Positions 22,339-34,225 of a stretch of 37,266 nucleotides of DNA are shown piece by piece. A program made the translations under genes and the position numbers. Below the pieces are notes generated by a model, which was not told the DNA's origin, did no database searches, and worked only from the letters and a program-made list of their open reading frames with translations. Positions within the stretch are counted from its first letter, which is position 1; each line of letters begins with the position of its first letter. Origin of the DNA: Octopus bimaculoides (Eukaryota); NCBI RefSeq assembly GCF_001194135.2, contig NC_068995.1:22195519-22232784 (forward strand). The letters are read 5' to 3'.

Positions 22339-22518
22339 GATTTCAAATTTTGACACAAAGCCAACAATTTTGAGTGAGGCTGTGCTTATTTAATTGACCC
22401 CGAAAAAATAAAAGTCAAAGTTGACCTCAGCGGCTTTTGAACTCAAAAGACGGACGAAATGCTGCTAATCATTTGCCTAGGGTGCTAACTATTCTCTCAG
22501 TTAACCGCCTTAACTTAA
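22339..22518 (-). mobile_element. tRNA-derived SINE family 1 with 13-bp TSD
   Basis: Homologous to the 11403 copy; TGATAATAATATT at 22326-22338 and 22519-22531. Confidence 0.8.
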
Positions 22519-22539
22519 TGATAATAATATTTACAACAG

Positions 22540-22630
22540 CAAAATTTCCTCCCACTACAGGCACAAAAGCTAAAATTTAGGGAAATGGGCTAATCAATTA
22601 CATCCACCTCAGTGCACGACTAGCACTATT
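22540..22630 (-). mobile_element. Decayed 3' fragment of a related SINE
   Basis: acaggcacaaaagctaaaattt...aatcaattacatccacctcagtgcacgactagcactatttt resembles the tail half of family 1. Confidence 0.45.
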
Positions 22631-23120
22631 TTCATAATTTATGTATTTATTTGGATATTTTCATGCATATTTACGCATACATCTCCATATATACACACAT
22701 AAATACGTATAAACGAATTCTAACCATAATGGTCTGGTGATCTAATGAGTTAGCTTGCTTCATTTGTTTTGATTTCTGAATGTCTAATTGTATTGTATAA
22801 TGCAAGGCATACATATGAATGCAAACAAGTAAACATAATATATTTCACGCTGAAATTATTATTATATGAACGGGGCTGCGAAACAGTAGTAATCCTAAGG
22901 ATGCCAAGTGGCTGAATAAATAGATCCATCTCTCATAGCTACGAACTTTCTATAATCTCCTGGATTTCAGGTATGTCAACACCCTGCATTGTACTTCTCT
23001 GTATTTGATTAGTATGCGGTCTGAGAGTCGAGACCATTAGAGTAGCTATATATATATATATATTAGTAAACTACAGTTTACTCACATATAAACCTCAGAT
23101 TATATATATATATATATATA

Positions 23121-23570
23121 TAATATGGAGGGTCAGAGTTGGGAACAAAACACAGACAGTGGAGACTTACAAGGAAACCGAACGAAAACAAACATGGAGG
23201 GTCGTTAGACCTGAACGAGGGGAAAGCAGCTAACGCTGACAGAAATATTTTCTTTAAAAAGAAATAAGATAGAAGACGTCCTTAGGACGTCGTGGAGGAA
23301 AAGAAAGATGGTCAATTGAGGCAAGGTAAAATGGACGATGGTCACGTGTGATCAACGAGAGATAGAAAAACTGAAAGAGGGCAGAGGGCAAGAGAGGCAG
23401 ACAGAAAACGGTGAAGGCGACATAGAGGGATTTAGAGAAGGTTGGCGGAGAAAACAGTATTGATGCAAGATAGTATATTAGCGCGAAGTTATTCACGAAA
23501 TAATAGCAGACAATCCAAATATGTAAAGTAAGTCCATGCAATCCCGTAGCTCTAGATATATGACTACGCA
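23121..23570. repeat. Unclassified purine-rich element abutting (TA)n, contains a 7-bp perfect hairpin
   Basis: Starts immediately after (TA)n; strong strand asymmetry; GACGTCC-TTA-GGACGTC at 23275-23291. Confidence 0.35.
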
Positions 23571-23687
23571 AAACTATTTACTTCACCTACCAACTGCTGA
23601 TGGCATTTATCCCCTTAAATTGCAAGTAAGTCATTTTGTTTTCTGTTTATCTATCTATCTACCTATGTATATGTATAGCTGAAACTA

Positions 23688-23761
23688 AATTGAAATCTAT
23701 AGCCTAATATATCGAATTACTCGGAATTGAAATCTATAGCTTAATATATTGAATTACTCGG
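23688..23761 (+). repeat. 37-bp tandem duplication (2 copies, 2 mismatches)
   Basis: AATTGAAATCTATAGCYTAATATATYGAATTACTCGG at 23688-23724 and 23725-23761. Confidence 0.9.
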
Positions 23762-24426
23762 AAATAAATATAGGTTATACATATTAAAATCAATGCATAT
23801 TTATTATCACTTATTTTTCTTCGTAAATGTGTTGCTCAGGGTCTAATATATGCAATAGATCATATCACATCACCATCAGAATTATATTGATTATGTGCAA
23901 ATCATAAAATCCCTACATATGAAACATCTCTTTTGTGGAAACCACTTGTAAAGAAATACGTTATTGAATCAATCTTAAAATCTTCGAAAGAAATATATTA
24001 CATAAATGCGGAAAATGGAAAAACTTATGAAAATATGCAATAAAAATGAAAATCCATTGACAAAACACACCACAAAACAATATAGTGTACAACGGTGTTG
24101 TTTGATACAACACTGACAGTTTAAGGAACCGGAATACATAGCGTAAAAAATCGTCATTGAAGTTTTAGTGAATTCGTTAAGTAAATTCCACTAATATATC
24201 ATAAATACAAAAATGACATTTGCATGAAATTCAGCATGGAAACTGAGAGGAATTGGTAAAAACATAGTAAATAATAGATGAAATAATTGAAGGAGAAAAC
24301 AGAGAGTTGTAATGATGATAAACATCATGGCTCAGATCATAATTTGAAAACAAAAGACGAAATAGAAAAATTAGAATTGAAAAAATGAAAAATTTAAAAA
24401 CCGCATGGAAAATACCACAAATGTAT

Positions 24427-24459
<33 letters not shown>

Positions 24460-25899
24460 TATAAGAGAGAGATATAGCCGAGAGTTGATGGAAAACCCAC
24501 GATAGTAGGCGATTCAGTTGGCAGAATTGTTACACAGCCATTCAACCAACTTGTTTATGCAAATCAACGTGTCGAAATAAGCGAAATAAGTACAAACGAC
24601 TCTAAATCATCAATTTGATACGGTTGAGAATTCAGAAAATAATAAACGTTTATTACTAATCAGATAAACATTATTTAGAATTATAGAATTATAATTGTGT
24701 TCCTTCATGTTTGTAATATTTTTTTCAGCAGATTTATAATATATCTAATTAGCAGAAACTTGAAATAGTGAATGGGGAAGCTGACTGTCTAGATTCTCAG
24801 CATGTTTATTATTCCATAGCAAAGTAAGGTAAATGATGATAGTTTTCGTAAAATTTTATTTGTTGTTCTGTCTTCTAAATGTTATATTTCTATTGTGTCA
24901 GTCAATGTGCCTGCTCATACTGTAGCATGCTCAATAATATTAAAATATCTAAACAAATACTACATGGAATGTTTTCGGTTTATATGTATTCAATATAATG
25001 TACACATGGACTCCTAAGAATGACTTAATTAACTGAATTGTGGATGTACACACTTGTTGCCAAATACCTACGCATATATTGACGTTTAATATGCGTTGGA
25101 CAGTTACACATGTGAATAAACAAGGTTGGGAAATCCATTAGCTTAAAAGCAAATATAATTCTAGGATTTATTGCTATATATCTTGAGACAGAATAAATTA
25201 AGACGTAAATTCCTGAAAATATTGACGTTAAGAAGCAAATTGATTAGTTTGTATCAATAGTTGTATAACATTCGCACAAAATAGAATTAATATTTTGATT
25301 GTGGTTATATTAAATATTATTAAATCATTGCAAATATTACTTTATTTTCGCTAGGCACGCAATCCTCATACATCTATTGGAAATGGGATTCTGTGATGCT
25401 CATGATTTTCCAATGTATATGAAAGATAGGCAGTGATTTCGACAAAATATTGAAACTGTTTGTAAACTGAAATATTTTAAACAATATTCATCTTGTGAAA
25501 TCAAAGTCAGAGCCAGTATACAAGTATGTTGAAGAGGAACATCGCTGACTAGAAATCACTACATGTACATAATTAAATTTTAAAGTATCTGTGGTCTACT
25601 GGGGTACTTGTAATACAGTACGCAATCCTAAATTTTCTGCATTGATTCTTAATGATACAAAGCCTCATACATTATGTGTATATCCCTTAATGAAAATATC
25701 CTGGTAAAGATCATATACACACAAAGCGTTTACGTCGTTGTGCTATTTACGAAATCTGCCACTGAAATCTGGTTCCGCCTGAAATTGATTAGGTTTAATG
25801 CGTCTTCTTCATTGAGGCCGCACTGCAACTCAACTGTAGTATATTATGATGCTGATTCATCCAGTCTTTTCACCAATACCAGCACAACAAATATCCATC

Positions 25900-27000
25900 A
25901 ATTGATTTCAGTTAACTACTCATACTATTCGAGTAATCAGGTACCCTCTTTTATTTTAAATGGTGACGATTTTAGCAAACTAACAACTGCTGTGTTTTAG
26001 TCGTCTTTCCAAACTTTTGCACAGAATGAAGATGTTTGGTGGAATGTTGTCCTTTTCAAAATATCGTTTCTTCTTTTATTTTGTTGCAAGCTTAAGAATA
26101 GTGGCTATCTTATGTCCTAATTCGTCCTTTCCGGTCATGCGTTTACGAACACTGAAAGCATTAAACACATCATAAAATGCGTATATATCAAGATTGTTAT
26201 TACTATCTGGATTTCCTAATCTTTCGCAATACTCCACGATTTAATCATGATACGAAGGGTATTGTGATAAAGAGCTCACGGATAACCTTTTGTGATATAA
26301 TGGCGTTGAATTGTGGCTTTAGTGTAATACCGTTCAAGAGCTTTTCAAATTTGCTATATATTTCAGGGCACCACTCATAACGTATATTCATATTTAATCC
26401 GATCGTTTATATAACTATATTGAAGGCGAAACAAAAGGAGGATTGTTATCCATCTATGCTTCCCATTAAGATATTGCGCGCTTTTGGAGATTAAAGTGTG
26501 AGACATAAAGAATGACATTTGAAAACTGCACTCAGAGATTTTGGAATCAATGAACGTGCAGCAATTGATCGTTTTCGTGTTTGACACTTATGGCAATTTC
26601 AGTACAATACAAAGGTATTCTTTACTCTTAAGAAAGTTACCGCGTTGGTCGTGCCTTCCAAGGGAGAACCTAAGAATCTGGCTGACTTCAAACGTCTCTC
26701 GTTTCATGAGAATATATTTGAAATTTATCCAGATTGACCATAATATATTCAATGATATGCTGATTTCTACCAAACGGAGCTCTGCACAGACCCAGAAGCG
26801 AACGGTTATGGCTGTGTGTTGCAGTATTATGAAGTTCTCACTTGTAACATTCAATAGATTTATGTTCGTTCTAGGCGATAAAGATCCAAGGTTTTCGTTT
26901 TAAGACGATATGCACTATGAAGCTTTGTGCAGCACTGAGGTGCAGATTTCTCGGTGTTAGAAATGTCCTTGAGAAGTGTGAGTATGCTCTCTTACAGCTA
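25900..27000 (-). pseudogene. Heavily decayed coding-like segment, possibly a piggyBac-type (PGBD-like) transposase fossil
   Basis: Frameshifted minus-strand pieces LLGLCRAPFGRN / ISLNILWS / LMKRETF..SQILRF resemble the piggyBac pattern FIGL..ARG..GKN..L..LWS....F..TMSR.RF.EI.RFLRF. Catalytic residues are not recognisable. Confidence 0.35.
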
Positions 27001-27884
27001 GAACGATGGGAAATCTATCTACCGGAAACTTAAAATTAACAACCACTTAAATCTTAAAATGTAGCCCGTAGAATTTATCTTGTATTTTGATGAAATTGCA
27101 GGTAACCATTTTATTAATGAAGAGTTTTCCATTTCCATATTTTATCGCACACGCTCACACTCAATCTCTCAGGCACAACGACACAACGTGCCGTCCCTAT
27201 AGCGCTCACACACAGTTTAGCCAATATATGTGCGTCCGTGTGTGTGTGAGAGAGTGCGGGTGTGTCTGTGAGAGTGCGTGCGTGTGTGTCTGTGTGTGTG
27301 TATTTGGTCTCAAGTGTTATATTGTCTATTTAATCTTAGACGCAGAATCTGTATCATGAGTATTCTAATAACTCATGGATCGCTTACTTTTCGTCGTCTG
27401 ACAGTAGCACTAATTTTTGCGAAAGGAAGAGAGAGACATATGGAAATATGAGGGAGAAGGAGACCCGATGAGGGAATGGAAATCCCGTTCGTACATGATT
27501 CATCAAGTCAGTAAGTAGACTGAATTGGATGTATGCTAACAAGTAAATTTACCTACGCTACGTGCTAAAACAGACAGGCGTGCATACACATATGTATACA
27601 TGTATACNNNNNNNNNNNNNNNNNNNNNNNNNNNNNNNNNNNNNNNNNNNNNNNNNNNNNNNNNNNNNNNNNNNNNNNNNNNNNNNNNNNNNNNNNNNNN
27701 NNNNNNNNNNNNNNNNNNNNNNNNNNNNNNNNNNNNNNNNNNNNNNNNNNNNNNNNNNNNNNNNNNNNNNNNNNNNNNNNNNNNNNNNNNNNNNNNNNNN
27801 NNNNNNNNNNNNNNNNNNNNNNNNNNNNNNNNNNNNNNNNNNNNNNNNNNNNNNNNNNNNNNNNNNNNNNNNNNNNNNNNNNNN

Positions 27885-27934
<50 letters not shown>

Positions 27935-27935
27935 T

Positions 27936-27974
<39 letters not shown>

Positions 27975-28035
27975 TGTATATACATACATATATATGTATG
28001 CTTGTGTGTGAGAGAGAGTGTGTGTGTGTCTATAT
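27885..28035. repeat. (TA)n, (GATA)n, (GT)n compound microsatellite after gap 27608-27884
   Basis: Direct. Confidence 0.95.
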
Positions 28036-29831
28036 ATATTGTATAAACACTCACACAAGTTTATAAATTTATGTAACTGTTATACTTATTCAAGTAGGCT
28101 TTTTGGGAATACATGGAAATTAAATGGCTATTCCTAACCGCTGATACTGACATGATCAATTAATATTTTTAATTGAGCTCACTTGTATGAATACTAGCAA
28201 ATAATAATACGCCCAAACTTTTACTAAACAATTTTCAAAATCTTAACAGGTATGAGTAACTTACTATTTGAATTTGAAACGCACGCTTACTGCAGTGTAA
28301 ATTATTGAATCACCGAGAGATATAGAAACCAAAATATTAAACGTATCGTTTGAAATTCATCCAGGCTGCTAAAACGATCTGTTTTTATTAATTTCTATGT
28401 AGAAATGTATGATGCATGTAATGCAGACTAGACATCCAGATCAAAATAATGAATACAATCTCGAAGGATTCACATCGAGTTTTAGAATATTTGAAACTCA
28501 AACACGAAACCAATATATCACGCATGTCAGACAAAGTTATTTCTATGTAAGCAGTCGCTATAAAAGAACACAGAGATAAACAAGTTTCAATCTAAATAGC
28601 TGCATTCTGTGCCATTGGTAGCAGGCTGCTCCATGCTGTCAATGCAGAGTTTCTTAAGATGGCCGTTTAACAAATGCTTCAAACACGTAGAAACTAATAC
28701 TGTGTTTACAATTTCATTGTTCTTTTTTTTTTATGAAATGTTTCAAACTGTAAACAAGACAGTTTCGTTTTTATATGGAAGAAAAACAATCAATTTTCTT
28801 GTCTTCTTTCGCTTTTTTTAAAATTATTCATTGATAATCAGAAATTAGATTCCTAATTTATCAAAATAACTGTTGCTGACACTTTATAGAGCCAAACAAT
28901 ATATTTAACAATCATTCAATACGTATCATATGACTGATCTATATATTTTCATTTGAATGTTTGCATGGAATTTACAATAAATATTCCAGCATTTTATAGA
29001 ATTTTACATGGTATTCATGTACGTCTGATTCAGCCACATATCTTGTTTATAAAACAATTTTTTTGTTATTAGACAACTATATAGACACATATTTAGAAGT
29101 ATTTGAATACTTTACATTTGGGTCAGTCGTTTTAGAATCCGTCAAACTTCTAAAAAAAAAAAGCATCTTTCCCAAATATAATTTAAAATAGTACTTTACT
29201 ACATTAGTACTAAGAGAAATTGCAACCGTCAATTATTTATATGTAAGTTGGCTACAGTTCTACAGTAAATCATAAAAGGTATGAGGTGGGTATTTTCGGA
29301 CAAAATATTTTCGAAACTATTAGCAGTTATCCTACAATTGGTTATATTAGTTATTATATTGTCAGAATAGCCGTGTAAAGATTATATTTTATATATTTTC
29401 CCTATTTAATGATGTCCCTTAAGTTGTTGGCTAGCATGCTTTAACGCACGAGGAATAGGTAGCATGGAAATTATTTAATAGCTACACATATTTGACGCAC
29501 ATAAAATCGAAAACATAATAATATGTTTAACATAGACAATATTCTTCTGTTAACTATATATATATANNNNNNNNNNNNNNNNNNNNNNNNNNNNNNNNNN
29601 NNNNNNNNNNNNNNNNNNNNNNNNNNNNNNNNNNNNNNNNNNNNNNNNNNNNNNNNNNNNNNNNNNNNNNNNNNNNNNNNNNNNNNNNNNNNNNNNNNNN
29701 NNNNNNNNNNNNNNNNNNNNNNNNNNNNNNNNNNNNNNNNNNNNNNNNNNNNNNNNNNNNNNNNNNNNNNNNNNNNNNNNNNNNNNNNNNNNNNNNNNNN
29801 NNNNNNNNNNNNNNNNNNNNNNNNNNNNNNN

Positions 29832-29872
<41 letters not shown>

Positions 29873-30445
29873 AATACAGTCATATATGTGTGTGTGTGTA
29901 TGTGTGTGTGCTTGTATGTATATGTATGCATGTAGGTATGCATGTACGTATGTTTGTACTTACTTGAAATACGCTTTAATTTCAAAAGAGAAAAATACAT
30001 ATCTAGAAAGAGTATGTAGCAGAGCAAGAAATTAGTTTCAAAATTATAAGGCAAAAATTAGTTGTAAGATTTATACAAATACATGTACTATATGTATAGT
30101 CCATATACGCATGAAAACCTTATATTATGTCCGATTGTGGCTATTTATATTAAATGAAATTTGGTGTGGGCCGTAGTTAACATGTTAATCCATAATGATA
30201 ATCTATTACTGTTTCTTCTGATAATGTATACAAATTTTGACATCTTTTGAATTATATCTTTCTTACTGCCTACCATTTCTTCTCCTTTCAGTCTCCCTAA
30301 CAATTGTGTCAATCTCTCCATTCCTACATTCGTGTAAAATAGTATCATCTTACAGGATTACAAGAGACGATGTCTCATAGCTAATCAGAAGAAATTTGAG
30401 AGGTTCAACAGTAAAAAAATATCTCCTGTTACCAGCTTCTCTTAC

Positions 30446-30520
30446 CTCCGTCGCCTGGATAAGGAAGCTGTAGCAGAAAGATTTACTCTAGCAAGACCTG
30501 CGATTGCAAATTCAGTAGAA
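30446..30520 (-). other. Candidate spliced exon (75 nt, phase 2-2), or a 9-nt microexon 30446-30454
   Basis: Donor GAG|gtaaga; acceptors ttttcatag| (30520) and ttccttatccag| (30454); a single open frame STEFAIAGLARVNLSATASLSRRR. No homology recognised. Confidence 0.3.
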
Positions 30521-30986
30521 CTATGAAAACGAGCCGGATGACAGTGTGAGAGAGATACAAATGTGCTTGTATGTATGTCATGTTTCTTCTATATTTTAAT
30601 TATTATAAATCTTCCACTGAGGAGGGAGCCGGTCTTCAACAAAGATACAAGGCTCCATGTTTGGGATGTAGTTAACACAGAGAAATTCAGATCTGGAGAT
30701 TGGGAAAAGTCTTGCATACTTTTACTGTTCCACTCCCCGATTGGACTTTTAATGTACGAATCAGCCGGTCAATTTCTCTTGTTGACAATTAAGAAAAGAG
30801 AGAATTAAGAAAATCCGCTGGAAAGTTCATATCTAACCAAGATACTATCATGGAATGTGACAGAATGAGGTGCAAGAAAAGGAGCTAATCACAATTTTGG
30901 ATAATTATTTATTTAGCGCTTTCATTACATTTCTGAAAATCAGCAGGTATTATATATTTACTGAAAATGTGTGCCTGTTATATATC

Positions 30987-31076
30987 TGTGTGTGTGTGTG
31001 TGTATGTGTGTCTGTGTGTGTGTTTGTGTGTGTGTGTCTATGTGTGTGTATATGTGTGTGTGTGCGTGCGCGTGTG
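30987..31076. repeat. (GT)n interrupted microsatellite
   Basis: Direct. Confidence 0.95.
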
Positions 31077-31121
31077 AATTAGTTTAAAACATCTAGAATC
31101 GAATGCAGATGAGAATAGTCG

Positions 31122-31262
31122 TTTCTACAGCTGAGTGAACTGGAGCAACGTGAAAGAAAGTGTCTTGCTCAAGAACACAACACACAGCCCGGTCCGGGAT
31201 TCGAACTCATAACCTCACGATCGTAAGCCCGATGCTCTAACCACTGAGCAATGCGCCTTCAC
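31122..31262 (-). mobile_element. tRNA-derived SINE family 3 head, 3'-truncated
   Basis: Minus gtgaaggcgcattgctcagtggttagagc (A box) ... gagttcgaatcccgg (B box), then gttcttgagcaagacact...cagctgtag. Confidence 0.85.
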
Positions 31263-31283
31263 TTCGATTATATATATGTATAT

Positions 31284-31476
31284 ATTACGGAGATGCACTT
31301 GCATAGCAAGTGACCTGATCTGAGATCGTGTGCTGTAACAAAAACAATTGCAGCGTGGAAGGTGCGTATAAGCGACGAAAATATGTTGTCAAATTAAATT
31401 TAAATGTTGAAATGGACCTAACAGTGTTTGCGTATTTTTAAATGGCTTATAAACACCTTCCACATTGCAGTTGTTT
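31284..31476. repeat. Two partial copies of one short TA-flanked element in inverted orientation (fold-back)
   Basis: 31342-31373 matches the reverse complement of 31445-31476 at 27/32; TA-rich runs on both outer sides. Confidence 0.7.
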
Positions 31477-32185
31477 ATATATATACATGTATCTGTGTAT
31501 ATGTATATATNNNNNNNNNNNNNNNNNNNNNNNNNNNNNNNNNNNNNNNNNNNNNNNNNNNNNNNNNNNNNNNNNNNNNNNNNNNNNNNNNNNNNNNNNN
31601 NNNNNNNNNNNNNNNNNNNNNNNNNNNNNNNNNNNNNNNNNNNNNNNNNNNNNNNNNNNNNNNNNNNNNNNNNNNNNNNNNNNNNNNNNNNNNNNNNNNN
31701 NNNNNNNNNNNNNNNNNNNNNNNNNNNNNNNNNNNNNNNNNNNNNNNNNNNNNNNNNNNNNNNNNNNNNNNNNNNNNNNNNNNNNNNNNNNNNNNNNNNN
31801 NNNNNNNNNNNNNNNNNNNNNNNNNNNNNNNNNNNNNNNNNNNNNNNNNNNNNNNNNNNNNNNNNNNNNNNNNNNNNNNNNNNNNNNNNNNNNNNNNNNN
31901 NNNNNNNNNNNNNNNNNNNNNNNNNNNNNNNNNNNNNNNNNNNNNNNNNNNNNNNNNNNNNNNNNNNNNNNNNNNNNNNNNNNNNNNNNNNNNNNNNNNN
32001 NNNNNNNNNNNNNNNNNNNNNNNNNNNNNNNNNNNNNNNNNNNNNNNNNNNNNNNNNNNNNNNNNNNNNNNNNNNNNNNNNNNNNNNNNNNNNNNNNNNN
32101 NNNNNNNNNNNNNNNNNNNNNNNNNNNNNNNNNNNNNNNNNNNNNNNNNNNNNNNNNNNNNNNNNNNNNNNNNNNNNNNNNNNNN

Positions 32186-32217
<32 letters not shown>

Positions 32218-32644
32218 GAAAGCAAACTTCGTAAGGCAGAATCACGCCTGGGTATATTACAAAGAAAAAATGAGCGATGTTGTGGATAACAGTAACTATT
32301 ATACTAAGACAACAAATTTAAGTAAACTCTGTTTACAGACATGTATTCTTATTGATCATTCATGAAAGGAAACACTATCTTGGGAATAATAACTGAACGC
32401 ACGACTGCAGTACTTATGCCAGGTGTGAACTGAGAAGCACTACGTAAACAAATGTATGTTAGATTAATTAAAACACGAGGAGTGCTGAAAATTTACTGAC
32501 ATTGGGTGAAAGAAAATACAGAAGGATCAGTTAAATATGATTTAATTCAACATATTCCTTGCCATGATTCACACGCTTAGACCAATGATGCTTCACTTTT
32601 TCTAAGCCCTGTAAAAGAACTCGGAAGATGGGACTCCAACCAAG

Positions 32645-32687
32645 CCTGTCGCCACGAACTTTTCGGCACCCTCTCTTATGTACCAGA
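32645..32687 (+). mobile_element. Possible mariner-type terminal inverted repeat remnant
   Basis: gccacgaacttttcggcaccctc..ta resembles ggaacttttcagcacccc-cgTA mariner termini (from recall); no partner TIR found. Confidence 0.3.
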
Positions 32688-32979
32688 AGGCATTTCCCTT
32701 GAAAGTGTTTATTCTATGCAGATAAATTATTCACCTTTGCAGTTTTCTTAGCTATTTCAATTTAGTGGACGAAAATGGAAATTTGTTTTAATAATTTATA
32801 GTGAATGTGAAAATTACTGAATAACATAAATGGACATGATTTTCGTTTTATTTATTGCACGGTTAGTTTAGCTCATCAATAGCACATTTAAACGTAGATT
32901 TCAAGAAGTAGGTGGCACCACAAATAAATCATAGCTGAACTATATCAAAAAATTCAGTACGAAAATCATCCTTATATAT

Positions 32980-33214
32980 CGATTTCAAATTTTAGCACTA
33001 AGCCAGCAATTTCGCGGTGGTGGTGGGGGGGGGGGGGGTTAAGTTGATTACCATCGACCTAGCTGCTTAACTGGTGCTTTTTGTTTTTATGGACTTCCAA
33101 ATGGATGAAAGTCAAAGTCGACTTCAGCAGAATTTGAACTCAGAACGTAAATACGGACAAAATGCCGCTAAGCATTTTCCCAGCGTGCTAGCGATTCTGC
33201 TATCTCACCGCCCT
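32980..33214 (-). mobile_element. tRNA-derived SINE family 1 with internal poly-G and an eroded 16-bp TSD
   Basis: Homologous to the 11403 copy; AATCATCCTTATATAT (32964-79) / AATGATCCCTGTATAT (33215-30). Confidence 0.85.
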
Positions 33215-33544
33215 AATGATCCCTGTATATTAGCATCACCTGGAGCCAGAACATTTGGGCTCAAAGGGAACTCTTCATATTTCCTTGTCCAACTGCTCAC
33301 TGTTCATTTATTCAATTAACAATAGGTTTACGTCCCACAAAAAAAAAAAAAATACAATCCCGGTTCCTTGAGTGAATGCAAATTCCCGTGATCCACCCAC
33401 GAAACTACACAGCATATAATATAGATATCTGTTTAATATATCCCATACAAATAATCAATACATATTACTTAAACAACATTACTCACCTCAAAAATATAAA
33501 TTATAAATACAGTATGTTAACATACAATATATTTGTGTGCCTGT

Positions 33545-33852
<308 letters not shown>

Positions 33853-34103
33853 CCAACTAACACTGCCTAAAAATATCTTGGTGAATATTAGGTGAGCTAT
33901 TTAACTAAAAGAGAAGTACTTAAGTATTAAGCGTTTCCGACATTTAAGTATTTTAAATTTGTATCAGCTTTCAATATGTCTGCACATAAAATTGGCGCCA
34001 CTGAATTGTAAATGACTTGTAAAAGATCTAATTAAATACAGATCCAACAATATAACGTATAAAATTGATGCTCAAATTTTCCGTGCATAGCAAGCGGTCG
34101 AGG

Positions 34104-34225
34104 CGGTGAATTGGAACAGTAGTAAAATATTCGAATAAATGGCCTTGTGGTATTTGTTCCGGCTCCTTCATGTCTGAGTTCAGATCTCGATACAAAACTG
34201 ATAACTTCTCTTTTCGCGAGATCTG
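34104..34225 (+). mobile_element. Highly decayed SINE head (family 1-like)
   Basis: gaggcggtgaattggaacag...ggtatttgttccggctccttcatgtctgagttcagatctc resembles the family 1 head and B-box region. Confidence 0.45.

Noticed and set aside
28560-28750. Minus-strand acceptor ttgtttacag and peptide KKLCIDSMEQPATNG
   Set aside because: All three frames from the acceptor hit stops within 14 codons.
31185-31262. Possible tRNA gene
   Set aside because: A and B boxes are present, but acceptor and anticodon stems do not pair and the sequence continues into a SINE body with a decayed paralog at 34580.
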